64,000 nucleotides of DNA from a virus. Of this stretch, positions 1 to 7,128 are shown in pieces. The stretch is taken from positions 1-64,000 of the IMG/VR virus record IMGVR_UViG_3300023174_000080; one strand, written 5' to 3'. The notes under the pieces were generated by a model that saw only the letters and a list, made by a program, of their open reading frames with translations, was not told the DNA's origin and ran no database searches. The stretch's first letter is position 1, and every line of letters begins with the position of its first letter. The translations under genes were made by a program, and so were the position numbers.

Positions 1-65
1 AGATTGACAATCTCCAGATTGACGAGTTGTTGCGTTCCCTTCGCAGCTAGGATATAATAACCACC

Positions 66-263
66 ATGACCATCAACGTTAAGAATCGTGACACTGGCAA
101 GCTTGTTTACTGTGGCGATACCATTGTGGGAATCTATAACGAGCCGTGGATTTTTCTTGCTATGTCAAGCCCGATGACAGTGTGGGTGCGAGATCCGATC
201 ACGGGTGCCGTTGTTGACTTTGACCCGACGACTATGGTAATCGACGTGGACGTGGTAGCCTAA
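66..263 (+). CDS. Small hypothetical early protein (leaderless)
   Basis: ORF with TTGCGT(30-35)-17-TATAAT(53-58); ATG 7 nt after -10; no SD. Confidence 0.7.
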   Translation: MTINVKNRDTGKLVYCGDTIVGIYNEPWIFLAMSSPMTVWVRDPITGAVVDFDPTTMVIDVDVVA

Positions 264-273
264 CCTGTAGCCT

Positions 274-343
274 TGGCACGGAGCTTGCACAGCCGCCGCG
301 CCTTGCGCGGCTGGCATTATATCATAATAAAAAAATAAAGCAA
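274..343. repeat. Convergent-promoter palindrome element, copy 1
   Basis: sigma54 TGGCAC-N5-TTGCA (274-289); CAGCCGC/GCGGCTG palindrome (290-313); minus-strand TTGCTT-16-(TG)TATAAT (343-316). Confidence 0.8.
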
Positions 344-388
344 GAGAAAAAAACTAATAATGTCCACCCATCCACGGGCAAACCGCGC

Positions 389-417
389 ATGTTAGTTGAA
401 CTGGCAACGGGAGTCAA
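389..417 (-). promoter_or_regulatory. Additional minus-strand sigma70 promoter
   Basis: Reverse complement reads TTGACT-17-TAACAT. Confidence 0.45.
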
Positions 418-478
418 GAGCGAAAAAAAATGCATCCACCCTCTTGCACGTACACGAAAGCGCGTCTATAATAAGGGC

Positions 479-664
479 ATGACCAACGAAACCTGCAACG
501 GACGGCACACGAAGAATGATGGTTCCTACTGGGTCAATGATGCGCGTGGCATTCCCCTTGCCCGCGTCTGCGCCAAGTGCGCGGAGAAAAAGCTTTCCAA
601 GTATCGGAAGGATGTTCGCACGAACGCGAGCTATTGGGCAGACGAGATTGTTGACGGCGACTAA
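479..664 (+). CDS. Small Cys/His phage protein (DARGIPL..VCxxC), leaderless
   Basis: Start reassigned from 389 to ATG 479, 6 nt after TATAAT(467-472); TTGCAC -35 at 17 nt. Confidence 0.75.
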   Translation: MTNETCNGRHTKNDGSYWVNDARGIPLARVCAKCAEKKLSKYRKDVRTNASYWADEIVDGD

Positions 665-717
665 GGTTCCCCTGTATAATATCCCGGCAGTTAACCCGTA
701 GCACCTGAGAGAAAAAA

Positions 718-1005
718 ATGATCATCTTCCGTCGCCTCATTCGTTCCAAGGGTTCCACGTCTGCGAAGCTTGTCGGTGGACACCGTTTCGCTGTCAGTGT
801 TAAGGAGCTGATCCGTCACGCAAAGCAGACGCGGCACGTCTACGCTTTCATTGACGAGAACGGCAACGAAGGAACGATCCGCAGCGGTGTTCTCATGCGG
901 ACGGTTGATTCCCACGTTCGCAACATCGTGACCGTTGGTGACGCGATCCAGCGTCCCCTGCCTTTCGGTGTGGAGTCAAGCGATATTTTTGGTATCGCTG
1001 CCTAG
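718..1005 (+). CDS. Hypothetical early protein (leadered)
   Basis: ORF; TTGACG-18-TATAAT promoter; leader contains GCAGTTAACCCGTAG. Confidence 0.7.
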   Translation: MIIFRRLIRSKGSTSAKLVGGHRFAVSVKELIRHAKQTRHVYAFIDENGNEGTIRSGVLMRTVDSHVRNIVTVGDAIQRPLPFGVESSDIFGIAA

Positions 1006-1120
1006 TTGACAGCACCTTGGCTCCCGTGCTAGAATATGGCGGGAGCCTTGGCATAGAGGTTGCAGCCGCCCTTCGGGCGTCGGCTGGCACTATTATATCA
1101 TGCCTACGGAATAAAAGCAA
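1006..1120. repeat. Convergent-promoter palindrome element, copy 2
   Basis: TTGACA-18-TAGAAT (1006-1035); sigma54 TGGCAT-N5-TTGCA (1049-1064); CAGCCG..CTTCGG..CGGCTG palindrome (1063-1086); minus TTGCTT-17-TATAAT (1120-1092). Confidence 0.8.
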
Positions 1121-1190
1121 CTAAAAAAAGAAAATAAAAAAGTGGTTCCACCCCCTTGCAAGCCCATGAAAGCGCGGGTATAATATGCAC

Positions 1191-1373
1191 ATGACCCAGA
1201 CCGAGTTTGATTTCGAGGCAGATGATTTTGGCGTGAAGCTGAAGGATCCCTGCGAGTGGTGCGCGAAGCATGAGGCAGCGCACACTGTGGTCAAGCGTGG
1301 GCAGGACACTGGGCTTTGCAATAACTGTGCCGAGGATGATTACATGGATTGGGTTGAACAAATGAACGATTGA
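1191..1373 (+). CDS. CxxC-CxxC zinc-ribbon microprotein, acidic, leaderless
   Basis: CEWC...CNNC; TTGCAA-17-TATAAT; ATG 6 nt downstream. Confidence 0.75.
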   Translation: MTQTEFDFEADDFGVKLKDPCEWCAKHEAAHTVVKRGQDTGLCNNCAEDDYMDWVEQMND

Positions 1374-1405
1374 CGGCACTAAGAAAAAAAGATATAATGA
1401 CCGCC

Positions 1406-1570
1406 ATGACCAAGCCAAAGCGCATCAAGATCCAGCTACACAAGAAGGTGTGCGTCAAGTGTCTGACGCAATGGCAGACCAGCAATAAGGATAGCAAGGT
1501 GTGCCCTTCCTGTGTCAACGACCCTTCAACAATCCTGACGCGGTGCCTTGCAAACATTGTGAAGCTGTGA
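1406..1570 (+). CDS. CxxC-CxxC zinc-ribbon microprotein, basic, leaderless
   Basis: CVKC...CPSC; TTGACG-17-TATAAT; ATG 7 nt downstream. Confidence 0.7.
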   Translation: MTKPKRIKIQLHKKVCVKCLTQWQTSNKDSKVCPSCVNDPSTILTRCLANIVKL

Positions 1571-1583
1571 GAGAATAACGCCC

Positions 1584-1754
1584 ATGAACAACTACGGATA
1601 CGGCTTCAGCATCGGTGACAAGGTTACTACTAACAGCGGGATGTTCAACGGCGTTGCTACCGTGTGGGAATACAGGAAGGAAGGTTATGTTGTTGTCAAG
1701 TATTTTGCTTCCCTGTATCGCGTCCACCATAAGACGCTCCAGCTTGTCAAGTAG
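1584..1754 (+). CDS. Small SH3/KOW-like protein (not in ORF track, 56 aa)
   Basis: Translated by hand: MNNYGYGFSIGDKVTTNSGMFNGVATVWEYRKEGYVVVKYFASLYRVHHKTLQLVK; TTGCAA-17-GAGAAT, leaderless. Confidence 0.7.
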   Translation: MNNYGYGFSIGDKVTTNSGMFNGVATVWEYRKEGYVVVKYFASLYRVHHKTLQLVK

Positions 1755-1760
1755 TATCGT

Positions 1761-1829
1761 TGGCACGGCAGTTGCAAGCCGCCGCAAACGCGGCGGCTGC
1801 TATTATATCATAGCTGAGAATAAAAGCAA
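1761..1829. repeat. Convergent-promoter palindrome element, copy 3
   Basis: sigma54 TGGCAC-N5-TTGCA (1761-1776); AGCCGCCGC-AAAC-GCGGCGGCT (1777-1798); minus TTGCTT-16-TATAAT (1829-1802). Confidence 0.8.
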
Positions 1830-1899
1830 GAATAAAAAGAAAAAAGAAAAAGCGTTCCCCCCCCTTGCGTGCGTCCACGACATCCTGTAGAATAGGCAC

Positions 1900-2031
1900 A
1901 TGACCAAGTTGATCAAGGCAAAGCGGGTTGGCGGTCTTTACTTCCTGTCCATCGGTCGCATCCAGATTTCCTTTTGTGTCAAGCGGAAAGAAAAGAAAAA
2001 GAAGATGTTGACCATCCCTGCCAACCTGTGA
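1900..2031 (+). CDS. Basic microprotein, 43 aa (not in ORF track)
   Basis: MTKLIKAKRVGGLYFLSIGRIQISFCVKRKEKKKKMLTIPANL; TTGCGT-17-TAGAAT; ATG 6 nt downstream. Confidence 0.65.
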   Translation: MTKLIKAKRVGGLYFLSIGRIQISFCVKRKEKKKKMLTIPANL

Positions 2032-2043
2032 GAGAATAAGCAC

Positions 2044-2193
2044 ATGGAAAACAAAAACCTGACCCTGACGGTTGACGAGATCCGCATGATCCGCCTTGCG
2101 CTCGCCTCTCATGTTTTCGGTGCGTCGAAGCAAACGGAAAACAACATTATGAATCTCATGTCGAAGCTTCACAAGGTACTTGACCCGCAGTAG
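2044..2193 (+). CDS. Microprotein, 49 aa (not in ORF track)
   Basis: MENKNLTLTVDEIRMIRLALASHVFG...; TTGACC-18-GAGAAT; ATG 6 nt downstream. Confidence 0.65.
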   Translation: MENKNLTLTVDEIRMIRLALASHVFGASKQTENNIMNLMSKLHKVLDPQ

Positions 2194-2249
2194 AAACCCG
2201 CTGTATAATGTCCCTCGCAGTTAACCCGTAGAACGAAAGAGAAAAAACA

Positions 2250-2486
2250 ATGTCCACTGTCAATGATATCGCGGCGAAGCTCAACAGCTACAAGCGTTCC
2301 AACGGTCAGCGTATGTTCTACGTCACTGACACGGCGATTGTCCTTGACAATCCGGTGGTGAGCGGTAACGAGGTTGCCGCAGAGGTTGAGGGAACCATCC
2401 TGCGTTTCACGCTCGGTGTCAACTGTTTTCAGATGATCCGCACGCGAAAGGTTGAGACTACCGAAACGTGGACGCTGGACGAGTGA
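2250..2486 (+). CDS. Hypothetical early protein (leadered)
   Basis: ORF; TTGACC-18-TATAAT; leader contains GCAGTTAACCCGTAG. Confidence 0.7.
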   Translation: MSTVNDIAAKLNSYKRSNGQRMFYVTDTAIVLDNPVVSGNEVAAEVEGTILRFTLGVNCFQMIRTRKVETTETWTLDE

Positions 2487-2497
2487 GAAAATAAAGC

Positions 2498-2579
2498 TTG
2501 ACAGCTCGCCGAGTCGGTGGCATAATAGCCGCCGATTTCGGCGGCTGCATATTATATCACAAGGAAAAGAATAAAGCAA
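2498..2579. repeat. Convergent-promoter palindrome element, copy 4
   Basis: TTGACA-17-CATAAT (2498-2526); AGCCGCCGA-TT-TCGGCGGCT (2527-2546); minus TTGCTT-17-TATAAT (2579-2551). Confidence 0.8.
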
Positions 2580-2660
2580 TAAAGAAAAGCACGGGAAGAT
2601 AAGAAAAAAAAGACGTGCAGGCTCTTGATTCCCGTAGAGATTCCAGCGTATAATATGGGC

Positions 2661-2792
2661 ATGAACGAGAACAACAGCTGGTGCAAGGATTGCGGCACGG
2701 AGAAGAACCTTGTCATTTTCTCCGAGGCACCAAAGGTTGTCCTTTGCACGGAGTGCGCCATGTGGCGCGACAGCAAGATTGACAAGCGGTAA
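2661..2792 (+). CDS. CxxC-CxxC zinc-ribbon microprotein, 43 aa (not in ORF track)
   Basis: MNENNSWCKDCGTEKNLVIFSEAPKVVLCTECAMWRDSKIDKR; TTGATT-18-TATAAT, leaderless. Confidence 0.7.
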   Translation: MNENNSWCKDCGTEKNLVIFSEAPKVVLCTECAMWRDSKIDKR

Positions 2793-2814
2793 AAAGGAAA
2801 GGTATAATATCACC

Positions 2815-3006
2815 ATGACCAAGAACTGCGACGACTGTGGTGTGAAGCTGCACGGGCAGTGCATCGTTGACGGTGGCAAGCTGATGTGCTTGGACTGCGC
2901 GGAAGCGTTCAACGATGAACAGGAGTTCGGCATGGTGGACGACCGGGAGGAAACGGACGGGGATATCCACGATGATCTGGTGGATATGTATTACAACGAA
3001 TATTAG
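2815..3006 (+). CDS. CxxC-CxxC zinc-ribbon microprotein with acidic tail
   Basis: CDDC...CLDC, D/E-rich C-terminus; start reassigned to ATG 6 nt after TTGACA-18-TATAAT. Confidence 0.75.
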   Translation: MTKNCDDCGVKLHGQCIVDGGKLMCLDCAEAFNDEQEFGMVDDREETDGDIHDDLVDMYYNEY

Positions 3007-3113
3007 TTGACTCCTGCTGGCGGGTGAGCTATAATAGCCGCCCGCTGCGCGGGCTGGCACACTTATTGCCAGACATTCAGTACTATTATATCAAACAGCC
3101 GCCGTGTTGTCAA
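3007..3113. repeat. Convergent-promoter palindrome element, copy 5
   Basis: TTGACT-17-TATAAT (3007-3035); AGCCGCCCGC..GCGGGCT; sigma54 TGGCAC-N5-TTGC (3055-3069); minus perfect TTGACA-17-TATAAT (3113-3085). Confidence 0.8.
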
Positions 3114-3183
3114 GCTAAAAGCGCAGGAAAAGAAAAAAAGATATGCGCTTGCATATGTCCCCCGTTCGTGAGAGTATGTGCGT

Positions 3184-3549
3184 ATGACCAACAACAACAT
3201 GACCATCGAGATCCACGCGGGCGACGAGCTTCAGGAGATCAGTGTGCCCACCAAGTGGGAGATCTGCGAGCGTTGCGAGGGCAACGGCAAGCACGACCCT
3301 GAGTCGTTCTCCAACGGCTTCACCGCGAGCGAGTTCAATGACCTCTTCGACGACGAGGAGGAGCGCGAAAACTATTTCAATGGCAAGCACGATGTTGCGT
3401 GCCGCGAGTGCAACGCCTCGGGCAAGGTGCGCGTGCCTGACCTTAGCTCTCTCACGGACGAGGAGCGCGAAGGCTACGAGCGTGCGCTGGAGGACCGTGC
3501 TGACTACGAGCGCGAGTGCCGCTACGAGCGCCGGTACCTCGGGTACTAG
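3184..3549 (+). CDS. DnaJ-type zinc-finger phage protein
   Basis: CERCEGNG...CRECNASG; TTGCAT-17-GAGTAT; ATG 6 nt downstream. Confidence 0.75.
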   Translation: MTNNNMTIEIHAGDELQEISVPTKWEICERCEGNGKHDPESFSNGFTASEFNDLFDDEEERENYFNGKHDVACRECNASGKVRVPDLSSLTDEEREGYERALEDRADYERECRYERRYLGY

Positions 3550-3609
3550 TTGCCCCTGTCAAGGGGGTGGTGGTTGGCTAAATAAAAAAAATAAAAGCCT
3601 CCCACCCCC

Positions 3610-3707
3610 TTGACGAATATCCACAGGTATGGTAAACTAGCCGCCTTGCAAAGCAAGGCGGGAGGCTGGGACACCTATATTATATCATGGGTGAATAGGT
3701 CGCGCAA
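3610..3707. repeat. Convergent-promoter palindrome element, copy 6
   Basis: TTGACG-17-TAAACT (3610-3638); AG-CCGCCTTGC-AAA-GCAAGGCGG; minus TTGCGC-17-TATAAT (3707-3679). Confidence 0.78.
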
Positions 3708-3783
3708 GAAATAAAAAAAGATATTCCACCTCTTGTCCACCACCATCCTGTCAAGGTAAGCTAGAGACATAGGAGAAAAGATT

Positions 3784-4194
3784 ATGGCTAGCAAAGACTA
3801 CGAGAAGAACGATAAGCTGTATGCAAAGATTGAGCAGAGGATTGAACAGGTTGCGCTCATCATGCATAGATTAAATAACATGTGGAGCTTCACAGGTACT
3901 CAGCTGTCCTATGCCTGTGACAACTACATGCGTCCCCGTGACCTTGCTACACTAGAGGAGCGTGTGCATTGCTTGGTGCAGGCTTATGCTGCACTAACAA
4001 AGAGCGTGACCTTGTATACATCTCAGGGTTATGTGCTGCCACAGTTCTGGGATGAAACGTTTGGCAAGCTAGGACAAGATATAATCTTTACCTTGCCCGA
4101 GATGCTGCATGTCAAAAAAGAAAAAGCCTTCTATAAAAATTTGCAAAAGACCTTCACCCTTGCGTGGGGGGAGTCCCCCTCCCTCCCCCTCTAA
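3784..4194 (+). CDS. Hypothetical protein
   Basis: 136-aa ORF with AGGAG SD. Confidence 0.65.
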   Translation: MASKDYEKNDKLYAKIEQRIEQVALIMHRLNNMWSFTGTQLSYACDNYMRPRDLATLEERVHCLVQAYAALTKSVTLYTSQGYVLPQFWDETFGKLGQDIIFTLPEMLHVKKEKAFYKNLQKTFTLAWGESPSLPL

Positions 4195-4282
4195 GGGGCG
4201 TATTTCCGGAAAATAAGTCTCTATGATATTGACATTGACCCTAAAAGTGCTCTATGGTCGTTTTTAAATTCCGGGCCAAAAA

Positions 4283-4543
4283 ATGAAAAAATTCAAGTTC
4301 AAAGTTGGTGATCTTGTTGCCTGTTACAACGATCCCGACAATTTTAAAATAATACTCGGTTGGGTTGTAAGCCGTTGGAAAAATAGACATGGTGAAAATA
4401 ATTACCATATTCATTGGAGCGACATAGCCGATAATCCCGATTATATCCAATCACCTATAGATGAATATGGTGTGAATGAATGTTATAATTTGCTACAAAA
4501 AGCTATCGAAACAGATACATGGTCGGGCAAAAAAATTCTGTAA
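4283..4543 (+). CDS. Small SH3/KOW-like protein (GDLV family)
   Basis: KFKVGDLV...LGWVV...YHIHW pattern. Confidence 0.7.
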   Translation: MKKFKFKVGDLVACYNDPDNFKIILGWVVSRWKNRHGENNYHIHWSDIADNPDYIQSPIDEYGVNECYNLLQKAIETDTWSGKKIL

Positions 4544-4564
4544 AAAATTTTTTGGAAATTTTTC

Positions 4565-4828
4565 ATGAAAGATTCAAAATACAACATAGGAGATCTTGTA
4601 GCTACTTATGTTGAGCTTGATGATGCAAATGATAAATTATTATTAGGATGGATAGTTAGTAAAAACAAATATGTCACCATAGATAACAAAATGACATGGA
4701 TATATGATATAGAATGGGCCGATGGTGAAATGGAAGATGAAGTGGAAGAAGACGTTGTTTATAATGTCATAAAAGCATATCGGGAAGCAAAGCGTTACAA
4801 GCGTTGGACGCGAAGTAGATGGATATGA
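4565..4828 (+). CDS. Small SH3/KOW-like protein (GDLV family)
   Basis: KYNIGDLV...LGWIV...YDIEW. Confidence 0.7.
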   Translation: MKDSKYNIGDLVATYVELDDANDKLLLGWIVSKNKYVTIDNKMTWIYDIEWADGEMEDEVEEDVVYNVIKAYREAKRYKRWTRSRWI

Positions 4829-5544
4829 TAACTACCGAAGATGAATTAATAAAAAGATGCGTAGAATTAGTGAACGGACCCCCTCTGCCGGTGATTGGCA
4901 AGGGGGATAAACGTTTTGGCATGACGCTAGAGAGTTATATGAATATCGATATAAATTCTCGCGTAACAAGCGATATTGAAAGTCTTGATTTAGAAATAAA
5001 AGCAAAAATAAAAAAGGAAACAGACTTAACGCTTTTCTCAACAAAGCCAGCTTTTCTACGCTTGAATAGCGATGAGTTCTTTCGTATTCATAACAAATTA
5101 AAAGATAACACTGAATCACTATACACAGACGTAGGCGGCGGTGTGAACTCTTTTGGTTTGCAAATAAGCATCCAACAAACGGCTGAAGACATAGAAATGA
5201 TTATTTATGATGCTGAACGGAATATAAACCGCGCTTCAATCAACTTTGGTCACATCAAGCATATAGCAAGGATGAAAATGCGGAACCTCTTGGTCGCCTA
5301 CGGCGACAGATTGGAGGTTGCGGGCGTCGAACATGTCCGGTTTGATTCAGTGCATATTCATCAAAATTTGAATTTGACGAACGAAAAGATTCGTGACTTT
5401 CTACTTAATAATAAGATGGTTTATTCTTTCAGACAGCGGAAGCGTCATGGGAAATATAAAGACCATGGAAGTGCGTTCCGTTTGACGGATCCAAAATATT
5501 TGAAAGAATTATATAACAATTATGAAGCAATAGAACGTAAATGA
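4819..5544 (+). CDS. MvaI/BcnI-family PD-(D/E)XK restriction endonuclease-like protein
   Basis: GxTLE..MNIDINS..SD..LEIK...LTLFS..P and C-terminal DHGSAFR motifs typical of the family. Confidence 0.75.
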   Translation: MDMITTEDELIKRCVELVNGPPLPVIGKGDKRFGMTLESYMNIDINSRVTSDIESLDLEIKAKIKKETDLTLFSTKPAFLRLNSDEFFRIHNKLKDNTESLYTDVGGGVNSFGLQISIQQTAEDIEMIIYDAERNINRASINFGHIKHIARMKMRNLLVAYGDRLEVAGVEHVRFDSVHIHQNLNLTNEKIRDFLLNNKMVYSFRQRKRHGKYKDHGSAFRLTDPKYLKELYNNYEAIERK

Positions 5545-5744
5545 GAGATGATATCCCAATCGGAACTCTGGTTTCCTTGAGCGGTGAAGATATAGGCGTT
5601 GTTGTTGATCACCATTATATAAAAGCTTGGCCCGATGAAAGTATAGATAATATAAAATATAAAGTTATCTATAAAGTTAATATCATCAATAAAAATTTAT
5701 ATAAATATTGCTATTCATACGAGATGGTAATATTAAGTGAGTAG
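5541..5744 (+). CDS. Small SH3/KOW-like protein
   Basis: IPIGTLV..IGVVV..YKV..YSYEM. Confidence 0.6.
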   Translation: MRDDIPIGTLVSLSGEDIGVVVDHHYIKAWPDESIDNIKYKVIYKVNIINKNLYKYCYSYEMVILSE

Positions 5745-5931
5745 GCAATTTCATATAGGCGATCTTGTACACTTCAAGATGGATAATGCATATTTTGGTC
5801 TTTGTATAGTTAAAGGCTTTGGAAAAAATATTTTTAAAGATGGTCAATATCAAATAATGAATTGTGCCACTGGTGAGGTATATATAGCTTTTGAATATGA
5901 GTTGTTTTCTCCCGATGAGTTCTATTTATAA
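5737..5931 (+). CDS. Small SH3/KOW-like protein
   Basis: FHIGDLV..GLCIV..YQI..FEYEL. Confidence 0.65.
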   Translation: MSRQFHIGDLVHFKMDNAYFGLCIVKGFGKNIFKDGQYQIMNCATGEVYIAFEYELFSPDEFYL

Positions 5932-5945
5932 AACTAATTATATAC

Positions 5946-6176
5946 ATGAGTCGTAACCTTAACGAATATGTATATCCTTATAGAAAAATTAAGATTGGTA
6001 GCTTGGTTGAGGTGCGAATCATAAAACGCAAATTAGATCTTGCTATAGTTGTTGATCGAAATGTAGGCTTGCGTCAAAAAGATCATTGGTATGTTGTTCA
6101 TAGCATTTTTGAAGATCGTCAATACGCTGCATATCCAAATGAATTAAAAATACTTAGCGGAGAAACCGAAGATTAA
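5946..6176 (+). CDS. Small SH3/KOW-like protein
   Basis: IKIGSLV..LAIVV..YVV..YPNEL. Confidence 0.65.
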   Translation: MSRNLNEYVYPYRKIKIGSLVEVRIIKRKLDLAIVVDRNVGLRQKDHWYVVHSIFEDRQYAAYPNELKILSGETED

Positions 6177-6241
6177 ATTTTTTGGTTTTCTATTAAAAAA
6201 TCAACTATTTATAGTTATATTTGTTGAAAAAGGGAAATAAT

Positions 6242-6535
6242 ATGAAAATTACAAAAGATTATTTGCGTCAAGTCATTCGTGAAAGCTTAGAAGAAGGTAA
6301 CAGAAACCCCATTAGAAAAAAATTTGTAAAAACATTTCCTACGGGGGAATTTGATAATCCTGATATAAATCCGAAAGATGTAGATCCTATGATAGATTTA
6401 ATGAATGTAAGTGGTATGGAGGAAGATGAATATGAAAAATACTCAAAACTTCATGACTCTTTTATGAAAATTCCCGCTATTAAAAAAATGTGGAATGAAT
6501 TCGTTGCAAAGAAAAAACAAGAAATTAGTGAATAA
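6242..6535 (+). CDS. Hypothetical protein with MKITK..LRQVIRES N-terminal motif (putative virion-internal)
   Basis: N-terminus shared with next gene; preceded by ACTATTTA motif and AAGGG SD. Confidence 0.65.
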   Translation: MKITKDYLRQVIRESLEEGNRNPIRKKFVKTFPTGEFDNPDINPKDVDPMIDLMNVSGMEEDEYEKYSKLHDSFMKIPAIKKMWNEFVAKKKQEISE

Positions 6536-6541
6536 ATTATC

Positions 6542-6838
6542 ATGAAACTTACAAAATCCTATATTAAACAATTAATACGCGAATCAATAGATGAAGTTGT
6601 TCGTATGGATCCGCGTGAAGATCCCGAAGGAACTTATGGGGTAGACCCAACTGGCGAATTAAGTCGTGAAGCACGTAATACAGATGATGAAGGCCCCGTA
6701 GAGTTAAAATTTAATAATTGGTTGAAAACAGAATTAGCAGAATTGATTGTTTCTGAGGATCATCGAGCAATTCTTGAAGCAATAAGGGATGCCTACATGG
6801 CAACCTATGGCGAAACACCTGAATCTTCATTAAAGTAA
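6542..6838 (+). CDS. Hypothetical protein with MKLTK..IKQLIRES N-terminal motif
   Basis: Paralogous N-terminal helix motif. Confidence 0.65.
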   Translation: MKLTKSYIKQLIRESIDEVVRMDPREDPEGTYGVDPTGELSREARNTDDEGPVELKFNNWLKTELAELIVSEDHRAILEAIRDAYMATYGETPESSLK

Positions 6839-6844
6839 TAAGAT

Positions 6845-6905
6845 ACCCGCACTGCCTCTGCCCCCCTGTTGTATGGCGGCACGCCCACTGTTGGCGGGTT
6901 TTTTA
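6845..6905 (+). terminator. GC-rich stem-loop with U tract (probable intrinsic terminator)
   Basis: ACCCGC...GCGGGT outer stem with inner TGCC/GGCA, followed by TTTTTT. Confidence 0.5.
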
Positions 6906-6927
6906 TTATCTAAAAACTACTTATAGT

Positions 6928-7128
6928 ATGTTAAACAGACCTTGTTACGTAAAAATTGGAGATTTCGTAAGCACTAAAAAATTTGATGGTGTTTATGGTT
7001 ATGTAACGTGGATAGATGAAAACAGCGAAACAGGTGAATACTACGTAGAGGTTCATCATGACGATGAAGCTGATCCTCTTTATTTTTATGACAATGAGTT
7101 GAATGTCATGAGAATGGAAAATGAGTAA
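6928..7128 (+). CDS. Small SH3/KOW-like protein
   Basis: VKIGDFV..YGYVT..YYVEV..YDNEL. Confidence 0.65.
   Translation: MLNRPCYVKIGDFVSTKKFDGVYGYVTWIDENSETGEYYVEVHHDDEADPLYFYDNELNVMRMENE

Noticed and set aside
274-3707. CRISPR array or REP/MITE family from the repeated palindromes
   Set aside because: Copies are degenerate, 500-770 bp apart and separated by genes; there are no equal-length spacers, terminal inverted repeats with TSDs, or transposase
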